Origin: an uncultured virus (IMG/VR IMGVR_UViG_3300032293_002036)
Taxonomy: Duplodnaviria; Heunggongvirae; Uroviricota; Caudoviricetes
Length of the DNA stretch: 64,000 nucleotides
Virus record (IMG/VR): IMGVR_UViG_3300032293_002036
Strand: one strand, 5' to 3'
Part shown: positions 1 to 7,805 of the stretch, piece after piece
Layout: the number at the start of each line of letters is the position of its first letter
Numbering within the stretch: position 1 is the stretch's first letter
Notes under the pieces: generated by a model
What the model saw: only the letters and a program-made list of their open reading frames with translations
Database searches by the model: none
What the model was told of the DNA's origin: nothing
Position numbers and translations under genes: made by a program

Positions 1-166
1 CAAAGCGTCGTTGCTTCATCAGCACAGCAAGGCTTTTGGCTTGACGCTCAAGGGCGTTGCGGTCTGGGCCTGAATCAAGCTTGTGCCATTGAGCAAAGTC
101 CTTGGGAAGAGGCTCGCTCACCCAAAGGGAGAAGCCGGGGCCAATGGGGCGATCGAGGACTGCCAT
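1..166 (-). CDS. hypothetical protein (runs off window start)
   Basis: Read by hand: ATG at 166, MAVLDRPIGPGFSLWVSEPLPKDFAQWHKLDSGPDRNALERQAK..., directly follows the stop of the upstream ORF at 169. Confidence 0.55.
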   Translation of the reverse strand, partial: MAVLDRPIGPGFSLWVSEPLPKDFAQWHKLDSGPDRNALERQAKSLAVLMKQRRF

Positions 167-168
167 GT

Positions 169-447
169 TCAGAAAATCAGGGAGCAGCCTTTGGTCTTGA
201 TGCTGATCACGCGCTCACAGTCAAAGGAGCGCCATGCACCTTGGCCGCTGCGGCGGGCAACAGCGAAGTCGCGGCAACGGATGATGTTGGGCTTCTTGCT
301 AGGGGCGCCGGTGCCCTTGACCTCTTGGGTGTCCTTAGGGTTGAACTGCAAGCTGCGCACAGTGCCGTCGGCCTTAACGAACTTAACGCTCGTGATACTG
401 GAGCCGGCCTGAGCGATGAACTGACGGACGAAAGCGGTTTTGGTCAT
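169..447 (-). CDS. WYL-like / SH3 beta-barrel small phage protein
   Basis: Pattern 'VKFVKADGTVRSL...RDF...AWRSFDCERVISI' resembles phage WYL_2/DUF2693-type proteins; start placed at MTKT downstream of a promoter. Confidence 0.6.
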   Translation of the reverse strand: MTKTAFVRQFIAQAGSSITSVKFVKADGTVRSLQFNPKDTQEVKGTGAPSKKPNIIRCRDFAVARRSGQGAWRSFDCERVISIKTKGCSLIF

Positions 448-488
448 GGTTGGAAGAGAAAGGGAGGGGCTCTCGCCCCGTTGAAACC

Positions 489-517
489 AGTGTGCCGCAT
501 GATGGGGAGCCTGTAAA
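489..517 (-). promoter_or_regulatory. sigma70-type promoter TTTACA-N17-CACACT
   Basis: Minus-strand hexamers with 17-nt spacer, followed by a GGGGC-GAGA-GCCCC leader hairpin. Confidence 0.5.
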
Positions 518-529
518 GCCCCTTGGACC

Positions 530-544
530 ATCAGCGCTGCTTAT
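530..544. promoter_or_regulatory. palindromic operator ATAAG-N5-CTGAT (copy 1)
   Basis: GGACCATCAGCGCTGCTTAT at 525-544 recurs with one mismatch at 2481-2500; lies 12 nt upstream of the -35. Confidence 0.5.
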
Positions 545-750
545 GAGCTGGGAAGCAAGCTTTTTATGAAGAACTGTGACAGACGACTCCTGCGAAGCCT
601 TTCGGGGCTTACGAATTGCTGTGAGCCAGTGCCCTGATTTTTGATCTTAACCAGTGGCGTCTCAACTTTCTTTGGCATGACTACATATTTCCCCCGCCAA
701 CCAAACATAAGGTCGTTGAGGTCAACTATGTCGCCAGGGTTATACGTCAT
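541..750 (-). CDS. hypothetical small SH3/KOW-like protein
   Basis: 69-aa ORF, 'YNPGDIVDL' start, start overlaps the upstream stop. Confidence 0.55.
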   Translation of the reverse strand: MTYNPGDIVDLNDLMFGWRGKYVVMPKKVETPLVKIKNQGTGSQQFVSPERLRRSRLSQFFIKSLLPSS

Positions 751-935
751 TTCGCCTCCATTGTTTTCACCTTAGAAGGCAGGTGAGTGATGGTGCAGTA
801 TTTTTGAGGGTGCAGCTTTACGCAAGCATTGAAGGCAGGCAAGTCATCCTTTGTCTCGGGCTCGTGAACCAGCGTGACCAGGCCGAGCAGGCCAAAGGAG
901 GCCAAGAATGCAACGCGACCAATGAAGGTGATCAT
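747..935 (-). CDS. hypothetical membrane-anchored protein
   Basis: MITFIGRVAFLASFGLLGLVTL hydrophobic N-terminus; CxxxHPxxYC motif. Confidence 0.55.
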   Translation of the reverse strand: MITFIGRVAFLASFGLLGLVTLVHEPETKDDLPAFNACVKLHPQKYCTITHLPSKVKTMEAK

Positions 936-1080
936 GAGAGCGATAGGGACGGACAAGGGGCACATTACAGCATCAGCCGTGCCCGTCAAGGATTGTGAAG
1001 CACTGTTACAGGGCTGACCGGCACTTAAGGCGAAGGCGCCTCTTGAGAGGCGCCCTGCTGCCGTCTGCAACTGTAACCGC

Positions 1081-1135
1081 ACCATGCCCCGCCACACCTT
1101 GCCACACCTTGCCACACTCCGCCATGCCGCACCTT
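1081..1135. repeat. tandem pentamer array, 11 x RC(C/T)NN
   Basis: ACCAT GCCCC GCCAC ACCTT GCCAC ACCTT GCCAC ACTCC GCCAT GCCGC ACCTT. Confidence 0.85.
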
Positions 1136-1162
1136 AAGAGCTGGATGCCCAGCGCCATCGCA

Positions 1163-1200
1163 ACAATACCATAAAAAAAGCGCCCGTCAAGGCGCCTTTT
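1163..1200 (-). terminator. rlpA intrinsic terminator overlapping a TTGACG-N16-TATTGT promoter
   Basis: Minus strand AGGCGCC-TTGAC-GGGCGC-TTTTTTT-ATGG-TATTGT. Confidence 0.6.
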
Positions 1201-1220
1201 TCAATTAGCTTCAAGGCTTG

Positions 1221-1574
1221 TCACACCCTGATGTAGCACACTTGAGCAAGCCCCTGTCCCAGCGAAGCAATACGGGCAAACGCGCCAGACGACAAGTCCA
1301 GAATGCGGCCACCGTACCAAGGGCCTCGATCAGCCACGACCACGCGAACGCTTTTTCCATTGGCTGGGTTGGTCACTTTGAGACGGGTGCCGAGCGGAAG
1401 CGATGGGTGGGCCGTGATCATTGCCGAAGGGTTCATGGGCTGACCGTTGGCCATTGTCATGCCTGCAAAGCCATCTCCGTATCCATAGAAGCTGGCCATG
1501 CCGCAGCGAGCATGAGCAGGCGATGGGAGAAAGGCGAGTGAGGCAATGAGCGAAGCAGAAAGAAAACGGAGCAT
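1221..1574 (-). CDS. rlpA: RlpA-family (double-psi beta-barrel) lytic transglycosylase
   Basis: Signal peptide plus ASFYG...TMANG...TAHPSLPLGTRLKVTN...VADRGPW..GRILDLS..AF motifs. Confidence 0.9.
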   Translation of the reverse strand: MLRFLSASLIASLAFLPSPAHARCGMASFYGYGDGFAGMTMANGQPMNPSAMITAHPSLPLGTRLKVTNPANGKSVRVVVADRGPWYGGRILDLSSGAFARIASLGQGLAQVCYIRV

Positions 1575-1685
1575 TGTTAAGGAGAAAGTAATTAGCAAGG
1601 ACCAGGGAGTCGCCTCCTGACAAGACCACGCTACCACGATCCCCTTTCCCATTGCCTCCCTCTCGTCCCGTGCTATGCTTTTCAA

Positions 1686-1848
1686 GCAAGTTGGTCCTGA
1701 GGCATAACAGCCTCCTCTTTGAGCCGTGAGGATGGACGCGCCTGAACAGCCTGACAGTGTCCGCAAGGCCTGTCACCGTAATGGCGGGTGAGGGGGCTGT
1801 TCTCTCTGTCGAGAATCTCCAGAGAAACCGGCGCATCGGAAACTTGTA
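1686..1848 (+). ncRNA. candidate ~160-nt structured RNA (possibly 6S-like)
   Basis: Own promoter (TTGCCT-N16-TATGCT with extended TG) and terminator; nested stems CAAGTT/AACTTG, AACAGCCTCCT/AGGGGGCTGTT, TGACAG/CTGTCA, TCTCTG/CAGAGA; no credible ORF. Confidence 0.6.
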
Positions 1849-1855
1849 AAGAGAG

Positions 1856-1883
1856 GGGGAGCGAAAGCTCCCCTTTTCTTTTG
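1856..1883 (+). terminator. intrinsic terminator
   Basis: GGGGAGC-GAAA-GCTCCCC-TTTTCTTTT. Confidence 0.8.
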
Positions 1884-2001
1884 TCTTCTTGTAGCAATCG
1901 CTCCTTTGTCAGGATATGATGACGGGGTATGGAGGGCAGTCGTTTTCATTCATGACTGTGAGGCACTCAGTCTCTCGGGAATCTCGTGGAATTCCGCTGC
2001 T

Positions 2002-2030
2002 AAAAAGGGGCCTTTCGGCCCCCCTTTCTT
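2002..2030. terminator. bidirectional intrinsic terminator
   Basis: AAAAAGGGGCC-TTTC-GGCCCCCTTTCTT. Confidence 0.7.
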
Positions 2031-2058
2031 CATTCAATCAAGACCGCTCCTTGCGTCT

Positions 2059-2421
2059 TTATTTCAGCTCAGGGATAAAGTCGTTGATTGCATCTGCCCC
2101 CATTGCTGCGGTGTAGGCAGTCAAGTAGGCCTGCAAATCGTCAGCAGTTGGAGCGTCGGTGACGACAGCCTCATGCTCCTTGAGGTGCTGGGCGTGAGCT
2201 GTCTTGAGGCTGAAGTACAGCTCTTCGAGGTCCCGGCGGTTGCCAGCGTTCGCTTCGTCGCCAATCACCTGCTCCAAGGTGACAAGCCATTGCTGGATGC
2301 GCTCCACGCGGAACCCCCACTGGACATAAGGGGATCCACCCGTCATCACCAGGGACGATCCGGCGCTGGTTTCGTGGAAGGCGCTCACTCCTGAAGGCCA
2401 CTGGTAAATGGTGCTGGTCAT
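2059..2421 (-). CDS. hypothetical protein
   Basis: Clean ORF between promoter and terminator; start MTSTIYQW. Confidence 0.65.
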   Translation of the reverse strand: MTSTIYQWPSGVSAFHETSAGSSLVMTGGSPYVQWGFRVERIQQWLVTLEQVIGDEANAGNRRDLEELYFSLKTAHAQHLKEHEAVVTDAPTADDLQAYLTAYTAAMGADAINDFIPELK

Positions 2422-2485
2422 GGTTGTGGGAAGAACACTTGCCAATGATGCCGCCTGCAATGCACCCCCGTCAACCAGGGGGACC

Positions 2486-2500
2486 ATCAGCCCTGCTTAT
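2486..2500. promoter_or_regulatory. palindromic operator ATAAG-N5-CTGAT (copy 2)
   Basis: 11 nt upstream of minus-strand TTGACG at 2469-2474. Confidence 0.5.
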
Positions 2501-2828
2501 CCTTCCAGCCAGTGGCCAGGAAGTGACAGGATCCAACAGGAGCGAGGTGAACGTACCTCCCTGCCCTCTCCACAACGTTCTGAAAAGCCTGCCTCTGGGC
2601 CTTCCCCAAGGGCTCACAGGGCTCCGTGAGCCACGAGCGTGCCCAGTCGGCCACTTCTTCAAGGTCTTCGATGGAGGAAGTGCGAAGGACGAAATGCCGG
2701 CCACGTTGCTGCACCTTCTTCCAGGCAGGGTGAACAGCGGGCTCTTCAGCAGCGAGACGCTCTGCTTCCTTCCAGAGCACTGGAGGAATGCAAACGCTCA
2801 CCATGGGAGGGAGAGAGGGGGAAGCCAT
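2487..2828 (-). CDS. hypothetical protein
   Basis: ORF tiles with neighbours. Confidence 0.55.
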   Translation of the reverse strand: MASPSLPPMVSVCIPPVLWKEAERLAAEEPAVHPAWKKVQQRGRHFVLRTSSIEDLEEVADWARSWLTEPCEPLGKAQRQAFQNVVERAGRYVHLAPVGSCHFLATGWKDKQG

Positions 2829-2830
2829 TG

Positions 2831-2983
2831 TCAGGCCTCGTCCTCCCACTCTCCAATGCGCTCAATCAATGTGACATGGCTCATCTGGTAAAGCTCTTTT
2901 GCGATCAATACGGCGTGCGCCAAGTCTCTTGCGACAAAGGAAACTTTGCTGCTATCACGAAAAGAAACTGTGAAGGTGTCCAT
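2831..2983 (-). CDS. hypothetical 50-aa protein
   Basis: Read by hand: MDTFTVSFRDSSKVSFVARDLAHAVLIAKELYQMSHVTLIERIGEWEDEA; fills the gap between flanking ORFs. Confidence 0.55.
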   Translation of the reverse strand: MDTFTVSFRDSSKVSFVARDLAHAVLIAKELYQMSHVTLIERIGEWEDEA

Positions 2984-2997
2984 CACATTGCCTCTGA

Positions 2998-3456
2998 TCA
3001 TTGCTCTTCTCCTTGAAGGGCGGTTTTCACGTCGATGCCCCGTGCTTCCATTTCTTCGAGCACGTCCTGGCTCACAATCTCTTTCAGCATCTTCCTCCAG
3101 CTCTCGTCACCACGAAAGCTGCCTGTTTCCTGGATTGCACGAGTGCTGCTCACGAGAGTTGTAATGTCGGCAATAGTGACCATGGCTTCGGCAATGCTCC
3201 CATGCGCAAGATGCTGATCAAGAATCTCCTTGTGAACCTCCAGCCAGCTACCAACGCAGAACAGTGCCACTTGCTTCAGTGTTTCATCCCCGTGCTTTTC
3301 CGTAAGACTGCTCAGCAGATCGAGCATTTCATGGGGAACGCCAACGGTGGCCGGGTCGTGAATGAGAGGATCCACTTCATTTGCGATCAGCTCGCGCTCT
3401 TCATCTTTGGACGAAGAAGCTTTCTTCAGGAAGTCGCTGACGGTTGAAAATTCCAT
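2998..3456 (-). CDS. hypothetical protein
   Basis: 152-aa acidic helical ORF with upstream TTGACA. Confidence 0.65.
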   Translation of the reverse strand: MEFSTVSDFLKKASSSKDEERELIANEVDPLIHDPATVGVPHEMLDLLSSLTEKHGDETLKQVALFCVGSWLEVHKEILDQHLAHGSIAEAMVTIADITTLVSSTRAIQETGSFRGDESWRKMLKEIVSQDVLEEMEARGIDVKTALQGEEQ

Positions 3457-3535
3457 GGGGCGGGGAAGTAACAGTGACAGTCTGCAGGTGCGAGTGGGCC
3501 CTTGTCAAGCCATGCCGTTCCCTGCGAGACAATTC

Positions 3536-4279
3536 TTAATCACTCTCCTCCCCATCGTCTTCATCGTCAGGCATCGCCGAAAGCATTGGCCTGCTCTTGC
3601 CGACGGGGTTGCCGTCTTCGTCAAATTCAGCTTTGGCTTCAATGGCGACGGCGCGATCGGTGGCAGTTTGCTCGGCTTCCTTTACCTTCGCAATCTGAGA
3701 GGAGAGACTGTCCAAGAAATTCTTGTAGCCGCTCTTCTCTTCCTGCTGTGGCTTGATTTCGTACAGGCCCAAGATCTTCGCTTGCTGCTCCAGGCAGCCC
3801 TTGGCGACGGCCAGAAAGCTGCTCTCACCAGCCGTTTCCTCTTCTTTCACAGTGACGCCCTTTTGTTCGCTATTGGTGACGGTGCGGCGCTTCTTGCTGG
3901 CATGGAAGCCCTGCACAGCCATGTCCTTCAGTTCTGCCTGTTCCCTCAGGAGCTGTGCTCGCCAGGTGTCTTGACTTTTCAGGATCTGCTGGGTCCAGAT
4001 CTCCCTGTTGTGCTTCCTGTCTCCATTCACCGTTTCCTTTGAAAGGTTGAGCACTTCTGCAATCTGCCGATTGCTCATTCGTGCCGCAAGCAGCTCCTGC
4101 ACCATGAAACGGCGCCAGCCAGTGCTCTCCTTGTCGTAGGGAATCTTGTTCTTTCCAAGGCCTACTTCGTTGCGGATGCGCTCGATCTGCAATGGGGTGA
4201 AGCCGGCTTGGGTGAGCACTTTCAAACTGTATTGCAACTGCTCTTCTGGATTGCTGAAGGAGATTTCTGGTTGCGCCAT
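3536..4279 (-). CDS. HTH protein, putative terminase small subunit
   Basis: HTH 'MSNRQIAEVLNLSKETVNGDRK', helical core and 'CLEQQAKILGL' motif typical of TerS-like proteins. Confidence 0.55.
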   Translation of the reverse strand: MAQPEISFSNPEEQLQYSLKVLTQAGFTPLQIERIRNEVGLGKNKIPYDKESTGWRRFMVQELLAARMSNRQIAEVLNLSKETVNGDRKHNREIWTQQILKSQDTWRAQLLREQAELKDMAVQGFHASKKRRTVTNSEQKGVTVKEEETAGESSFLAVAKGCLEQQAKILGLYEIKPQQEEKSGYKNFLDSLSSQIAKVKEAEQTATDRAVAIEAKAEFDEDGNPVGKSRPMLSAMPDDEDDGEESD

Positions 4280-4310
4280 GTTCACTAAAAATGCTGCCTA
4301 ATTCTACTCC

Positions 4311-4340
4311 AAAAAGAAGAGCCACCTCGTGGTGGCTCTC
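4311..4340 (-). terminator. intrinsic terminator
   Basis: GAGAGCCACC-ACGA-GGTGGCTCTTCTTTTT on the minus strand. Confidence 0.65.
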
Positions 4341-4354
4341 GCGCAGTTCAAAGG

Positions 4355-4672
4355 CTAGAACAACTCTTCTGGAGAAATAGGAGTGAAGACTAGGCTTGAT
4401 GTGGTCTTGACAATGGTGAAGTCGCCAAGGTCGTCTTTGAGCTTCTTGGCTGCCTTCAGCTCTTTCTCCATTGCTTTCACTTCTTGGCCGTAGTCCTTCT
4501 CAGAGCGGCGTTGAATGCGAATGCTTCCATAGGGGCCCGCATCTTTTTCAATACCTTCTTCCTCCATGAGCTTCAGGATGTCGGCCTTGCATTCGGCTTC
4601 TTTCGTGGCCAAGGCAGAAGTTTTTACCTTGATGTCTGCCAGTTCTTTCAGGAGGGTGTCGAGGTCGCTCAT
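4355..4672 (-). CDS. hypothetical coiled-coil phage protein
   Basis: 105-aa ORF with strong coding bias. Confidence 0.7.
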   Translation of the reverse strand: MSDLDTLLKELADIKVKTSALATKEAECKADILKLMEEEGIEKDAGPYGSIRIQRRSEKDYGQEVKAMEKELKAAKKLKDDLGDFTIVKTTSSLVFTPISPEELF

Positions 4673-4914
4673 GCTGCCACCCCACTGGCGAGGGGAGCAG
4701 TGGCGAAGCCATTGTGAATCAACGTGACAATCTCTTCGTAAGTGCCACGCCAGTGACGTTCACCGGCTTCATCGCGTGCGCCAAAGAGGAAACGGGCAGG
4801 AGGAGCAGGGCCACGATCGGGGCTGGAGAAGCCGTAGTGAAGGATTGGCTCGATGGTCACGCCAGCGTATTCCAGCGTGGGGAGTCGATCAGGGCGAAGC
4901 GGTGGTTTGGCCAT
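4669..4914 (-). CDS. hypothetical protein
   Basis: ATGA overlap with downstream gene. Confidence 0.65.
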   Translation of the reverse strand: MAKPPLRPDRLPTLEYAGVTIEPILHYGFSSPDRGPAPPARFLFGARDEAGERHWRGTYEEIVTLIHNGFATAPLASGVAA

Positions 4915-4976
4915 GAAGAATGAAATTCGCCTAAGTAGTGTAAGCGAAAAGGAAGGGAAAAGAGCGCCTTGTAACG

Positions 4977-5093
4977 GCTCGCCTTGGGGGCTCGCTGCTT
5001 CTCGTGGCGCTCTTGCGAGGGAAGGTTAAAAGAGAAAGGCGAAGGGAGGTTAAGGAAAACGCTCTGAAAAAGCTCGCTTGGGGCTCGCCTGCT
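4977..5093. repeat. imperfect ~22-bp direct repeat built from GCTCGC units
   Basis: GCTCGCCTTGGGGGCTCGCTGCT (4977-4999) vs GCTCGCTTGGGGCTCGCCTGCT (5072-5093). Confidence 0.6.
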
Positions 5094-5314
5094 CGTATCG
5101 CGTTTTCCCGCGAAGGCTTAGGAACTCTCGCTTCCCATGGCTCTCTCTTGTCGGAAGCGCCGTAGGGTGTCAACGACCGGGCTTCCCCAGGCGCGTAAGG
5201 CTCGCGAAGGAAAGCCCTTACGGACTAAGGGTAAAGGGATTTTTGGGAAAATCAAGGGGTGCTGTGCCGGATTTATGGGTGGCACAATAAATTTGACGAT
5301 GGTCGTACCATTGC

Positions 5315-5518
5315 ATGGTTCATTCCTCTTCTTCCATGGATTACGGCACACCTTGTGAAATTCAAACTGATAGCTGGTTAAGGGCCAATGGTCATTCAAG
5401 GGAATGGCTGGAAAGATGGCTGGACGAGCCTCAGTTGGACAAGGCCGCAATTACAGAATGGCTCACCATTCATAAACGCAGCGATCCTCGTTTGATCGTT
5501 CGTAGGCGTATCAAATGA
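5315..5518 (+). CDS. hypothetical protein
   Basis: 67-aa ORF only. Confidence 0.35.
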   Translation: MVHSSSSMDYGTPCEIQTDSWLRANGHSREWLERWLDEPQLDKAAITEWLTIHKRSDPRLIVRRRIK

Positions 5519-5614
5519 GCGTCAAGAAAACTCAAAGCCCACCAGTATGCCAGTCGCCCAAGTGGCACAACTTGACGATGGCGTACAATGTGGGCGTTCA
5601 CCTCTCACAAGTCC

Positions 5615-6109
5615 ATGAACGAACTTAGTCCTGAATTTTGGCCCGACTGGGCGACCAGTGCCACTGACGCCGTTTGCGCAGGAGCACAGCTCTGCACAAG
5701 GGATGGCAGGCGCACTGGAAATGCAGTGGTCACCCGACTAATCGACAGCAATAGCGGCACATGGCAAGTCTTGACGGATGCAGGAAACACGATCTTCCTC
5801 AACGAGAAAGAAATCAAGGAGTCGTTCTACCCTCCCCGATGGACGATGGACATTGATTCTTGCCCCGGCAGGCAATACCAGTGCGGTGCTGACGACCAGT
5901 TGAAAGAGGTTGAAAAGTATCTGCAGCAAAACACAATGAAGCATGCCTTCGAGATCTATGAATTTCACGAAGCAATGCGACCGTCCCCCAAGCAAACGCT
6001 GGAACAAGTTGCCCTGCGAATGGTTGACACCATTGAATCCACCAGGCAGTTTATCCCTGAAATCACTGACACTATTCGCCGCGCAATCAAGGGTGCTTCC
6101 AATGAGTGA
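5615..6109 (+). CDS. hypothetical protein
   Basis: ORF downstream of TACAAT -10; 'GAQLCTRDGRRTGNAVV' segment. Confidence 0.65.
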   Translation: MNELSPEFWPDWATSATDAVCAGAQLCTRDGRRTGNAVVTRLIDSNSGTWQVLTDAGNTIFLNEKEIKESFYPPRWTMDIDSCPGRQYQCGADDQLKEVEKYLQQNTMKHAFEIYEFHEAMRPSPKQTLEQVALRMVDTIESTRQFIPEITDTIRRAIKGASNE

Positions 6110-6491
6110 TCAAGCGCCCTCCAACAGCTCAATTCCTAAGCCCACTTTTGACCAGACGCTTCAGTGGTATCGCAAATACTACCAAGTAGGAGCATTGAGG
6201 ATGAGTAGCTATTCCCTTGGGGAGATCGTCAAAGCAGCCATTACCTGGGCCGCTCCAATCATTGCTGGTCAAGAGTTGGATGCATGTGAGGAATGGATGA
6301 AAAGGCAACTAAACTGCACTGATCAGGAGCACATCATTCCTTACTTGCGTGCTTATCGCCAGCCAAAGTCTCTGAGCCTCAAGCAACAGGCCATTATCGA
6401 GCTGGATGATGCTGTGATGCGTGGCGACTGCATCACCGTGTCCGATGCACTGCCGATCCTGCGCCGCGCAATCGAGGCACTTCCAGAATGA
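6102..6491 (+). CDS. hypothetical phage protein
   Basis: 'ELDACEEW...SLKQQAI...ILRRAIEALPE' mosaic motif; C-terminus resembles that of the preceding ORF (TIRRAIK). Confidence 0.65.
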   Translation: MSDQAPSNSSIPKPTFDQTLQWYRKYYQVGALRMSSYSLGEIVKAAITWAAPIIAGQELDACEEWMKRQLNCTDQEHIIPYLRAYRQPKSLSLKQQAIIELDDAVMRGDCITVSDALPILRRAIEALPE

Positions 6492-6664
6492 TCCACATCA
6501 ATTCCGTGGGGGGTCGTATTGGCCAATTTTGGTGGGTCAATGCTGAAACCTCTCCCTTTGTCCTGACTGACGCCACCTACAAGGGCTCTCGCCATCTTGT
6601 ATGGCGCCCTGGCGTTTCAGGATGGGGAGTGCCTTCAACTTTCAAGTGGCTGATCATCAAGTGA
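6488..6664 (+). CDS. hypothetical 58-aa Trp-rich protein
   Basis: Read by hand: MIHINSVGGRIGQFWWVNAET...KWLIIK; ATGA/GTGA overlaps at both ends. Confidence 0.55.
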   Translation: MIHINSVGGRIGQFWWVNAETSPFVLTDATYKGSRHLVWRPGVSGWGVPSTFKWLIIK

Positions 6665-6864
6665 ACCATCAAGAAGTACCAATATCCACTTATAAGGTTC
6701 AAGGCTTCACTTCCATCGAAGTGCAGCGCCAATATCACAAAGAAGGTGACACCATCCTGATTGGACACCGTGATACAGGTGTCTTTATCTTTGACGTGGC
6801 TCTTTCTATGGACATGGCAGAATCCCTTCACAAACAACTCGGTCAATTGCTCTCTTCCCAATGA
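6661..6864 (+). CDS. hypothetical protein
   Basis: GTG start overlapping the previous stop. Confidence 0.5.
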   Translation: MNHQEVPISTYKVQGFTSIEVQRQYHKEGDTILIGHRDTGVFIFDVALSMDMAESLHKQLGQLLSSQ

Positions 6865-7277
6865 ACAACAAAGCTTTCGATTACATACCACCTATTGAAC
6901 TGAGGCAGCAGTGGCGAGCAGAAGCTCCCACCTGCCGCGATTCTGGAATTAGTCGCGAAGACTTTCTGATGAACAAGGCTGCTCAATGGGCTCAAAGGCG
7001 AACGGTCGAAGCTGGCCGTGAATGGCTTAAAGAGGCCAAGAATCATGGTTTTGGATATGCAGCGGGTCGCGTAATGGCAAGCAACTTCCTTGCAGGCATG
7101 ACGCCTCTCGACAAAAGCGATGCTGCAGACGCTGCTCGCTTGAGGTGGATGCTCAGCGGAAATGGTTACTTCTTGGAAGAAGAAGGTCTTTGTGGACACT
7201 CTTCTGACGAGGAGGCTGACAGGGGCCGAAGGGCGATTGATGAGCGAATGGCTACGGAGGGGAATGCAGATGAATGA
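6861..7277 (+). CDS. hypothetical protein
   Basis: ATGA overlap; 'DAARLRWML' motif. Confidence 0.65.
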   Translation: MNNKAFDYIPPIELRQQWRAEAPTCRDSGISREDFLMNKAAQWAQRRTVEAGREWLKEAKNHGFGYAAGRVMASNFLAGMTPLDKSDAADAARLRWMLSGNGYFLEEEGLCGHSSDEEADRGRRAIDERMATEGNADE

Positions 7278-7422
7278 GCCTCGCATCATCAAGCTTCCTC
7301 GCAATGGCCCCAAACCTGGCCAGTCAATGGATGCGTGGCTCTATGGCAAGAGCAAAAGCGAGCAGGAACAGCTTGACCATCTTCGCTGGCAGCGAGGGGC
7401 AGACAGCAGAAAGGCCCCTTAG
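7270..7422 (+). CDS. hypothetical protein
   Basis: MNEPRIIKLPRNGPKPGQSMDAWLYG; overlaps the previous stop. Confidence 0.5.
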   Translation: MNEPRIIKLPRNGPKPGQSMDAWLYGKSKSEQEQLDHLRWQRGADSRKAP

Positions 7423-7604
7423 GGGGCCTCTGGAAGCTTGCTTGGGATGAAGCCTAGGTCTGGTCGAGCGATGGAAAGGAAAGCTTCTGCCTCCTCTTCA
7501 CTCGACCAAGCGTGGGAGGCGGGAGTGAACGAACCATCTTCCTTCTGCCACCCCATGCACCATCCTCCATCGCATGAAGCAACAAGAAAAGGAAGGCCAG
7601 ACAC
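7419..7604 (-). CDS. hypothetical protein
   Basis: 61-aa ORF. Confidence 0.4.
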   Translation of the reverse strand: MSGLPFLVASCDGGWCMGWQKEDGSFTPASHAWSSEEEAEAFLSIARPDLGFIPSKLPEAP

Positions 7605-7805
7605 GACAGTGTTTTAGTTAGCAAAGCCCCGAGAGGGGCTTTTTTCTTGCTTTGCTTTTGGTTCTGCGTCGGCATATGGGAGCACTGGCTCGGGAAACAT
7701 TGGCTGATCAAGGATTCGCTCCACTTCTTTTTCCAAGGCCTCGACAGAGAATTGAGGCTGCTCCCAGATGATGGCCATGATCGCTTTCCTAAAGATGCAG
7801 TCAGT

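Noticed and set aside
992..1009. NtcA or RpaB (HLR1)-like site ATTGTGAA-GC-ACTGTTAC
   Set aside because: It is not GTA-N8-TAC, has three mismatches to HLR1 and appears as a single copy; too weak to call
1081..1135. CRISPR array or repeat protein (MARCGKVWRGMVR)
   Set aside because: The period is 5 nt with no spacers; the peptide is a by-product of the repeat
1686..1848. Two-piece tmRNA (GGGGCTGT/ACAGCCTC stem)
   Set aside because: No T-arm, CCA end or tag reading frame
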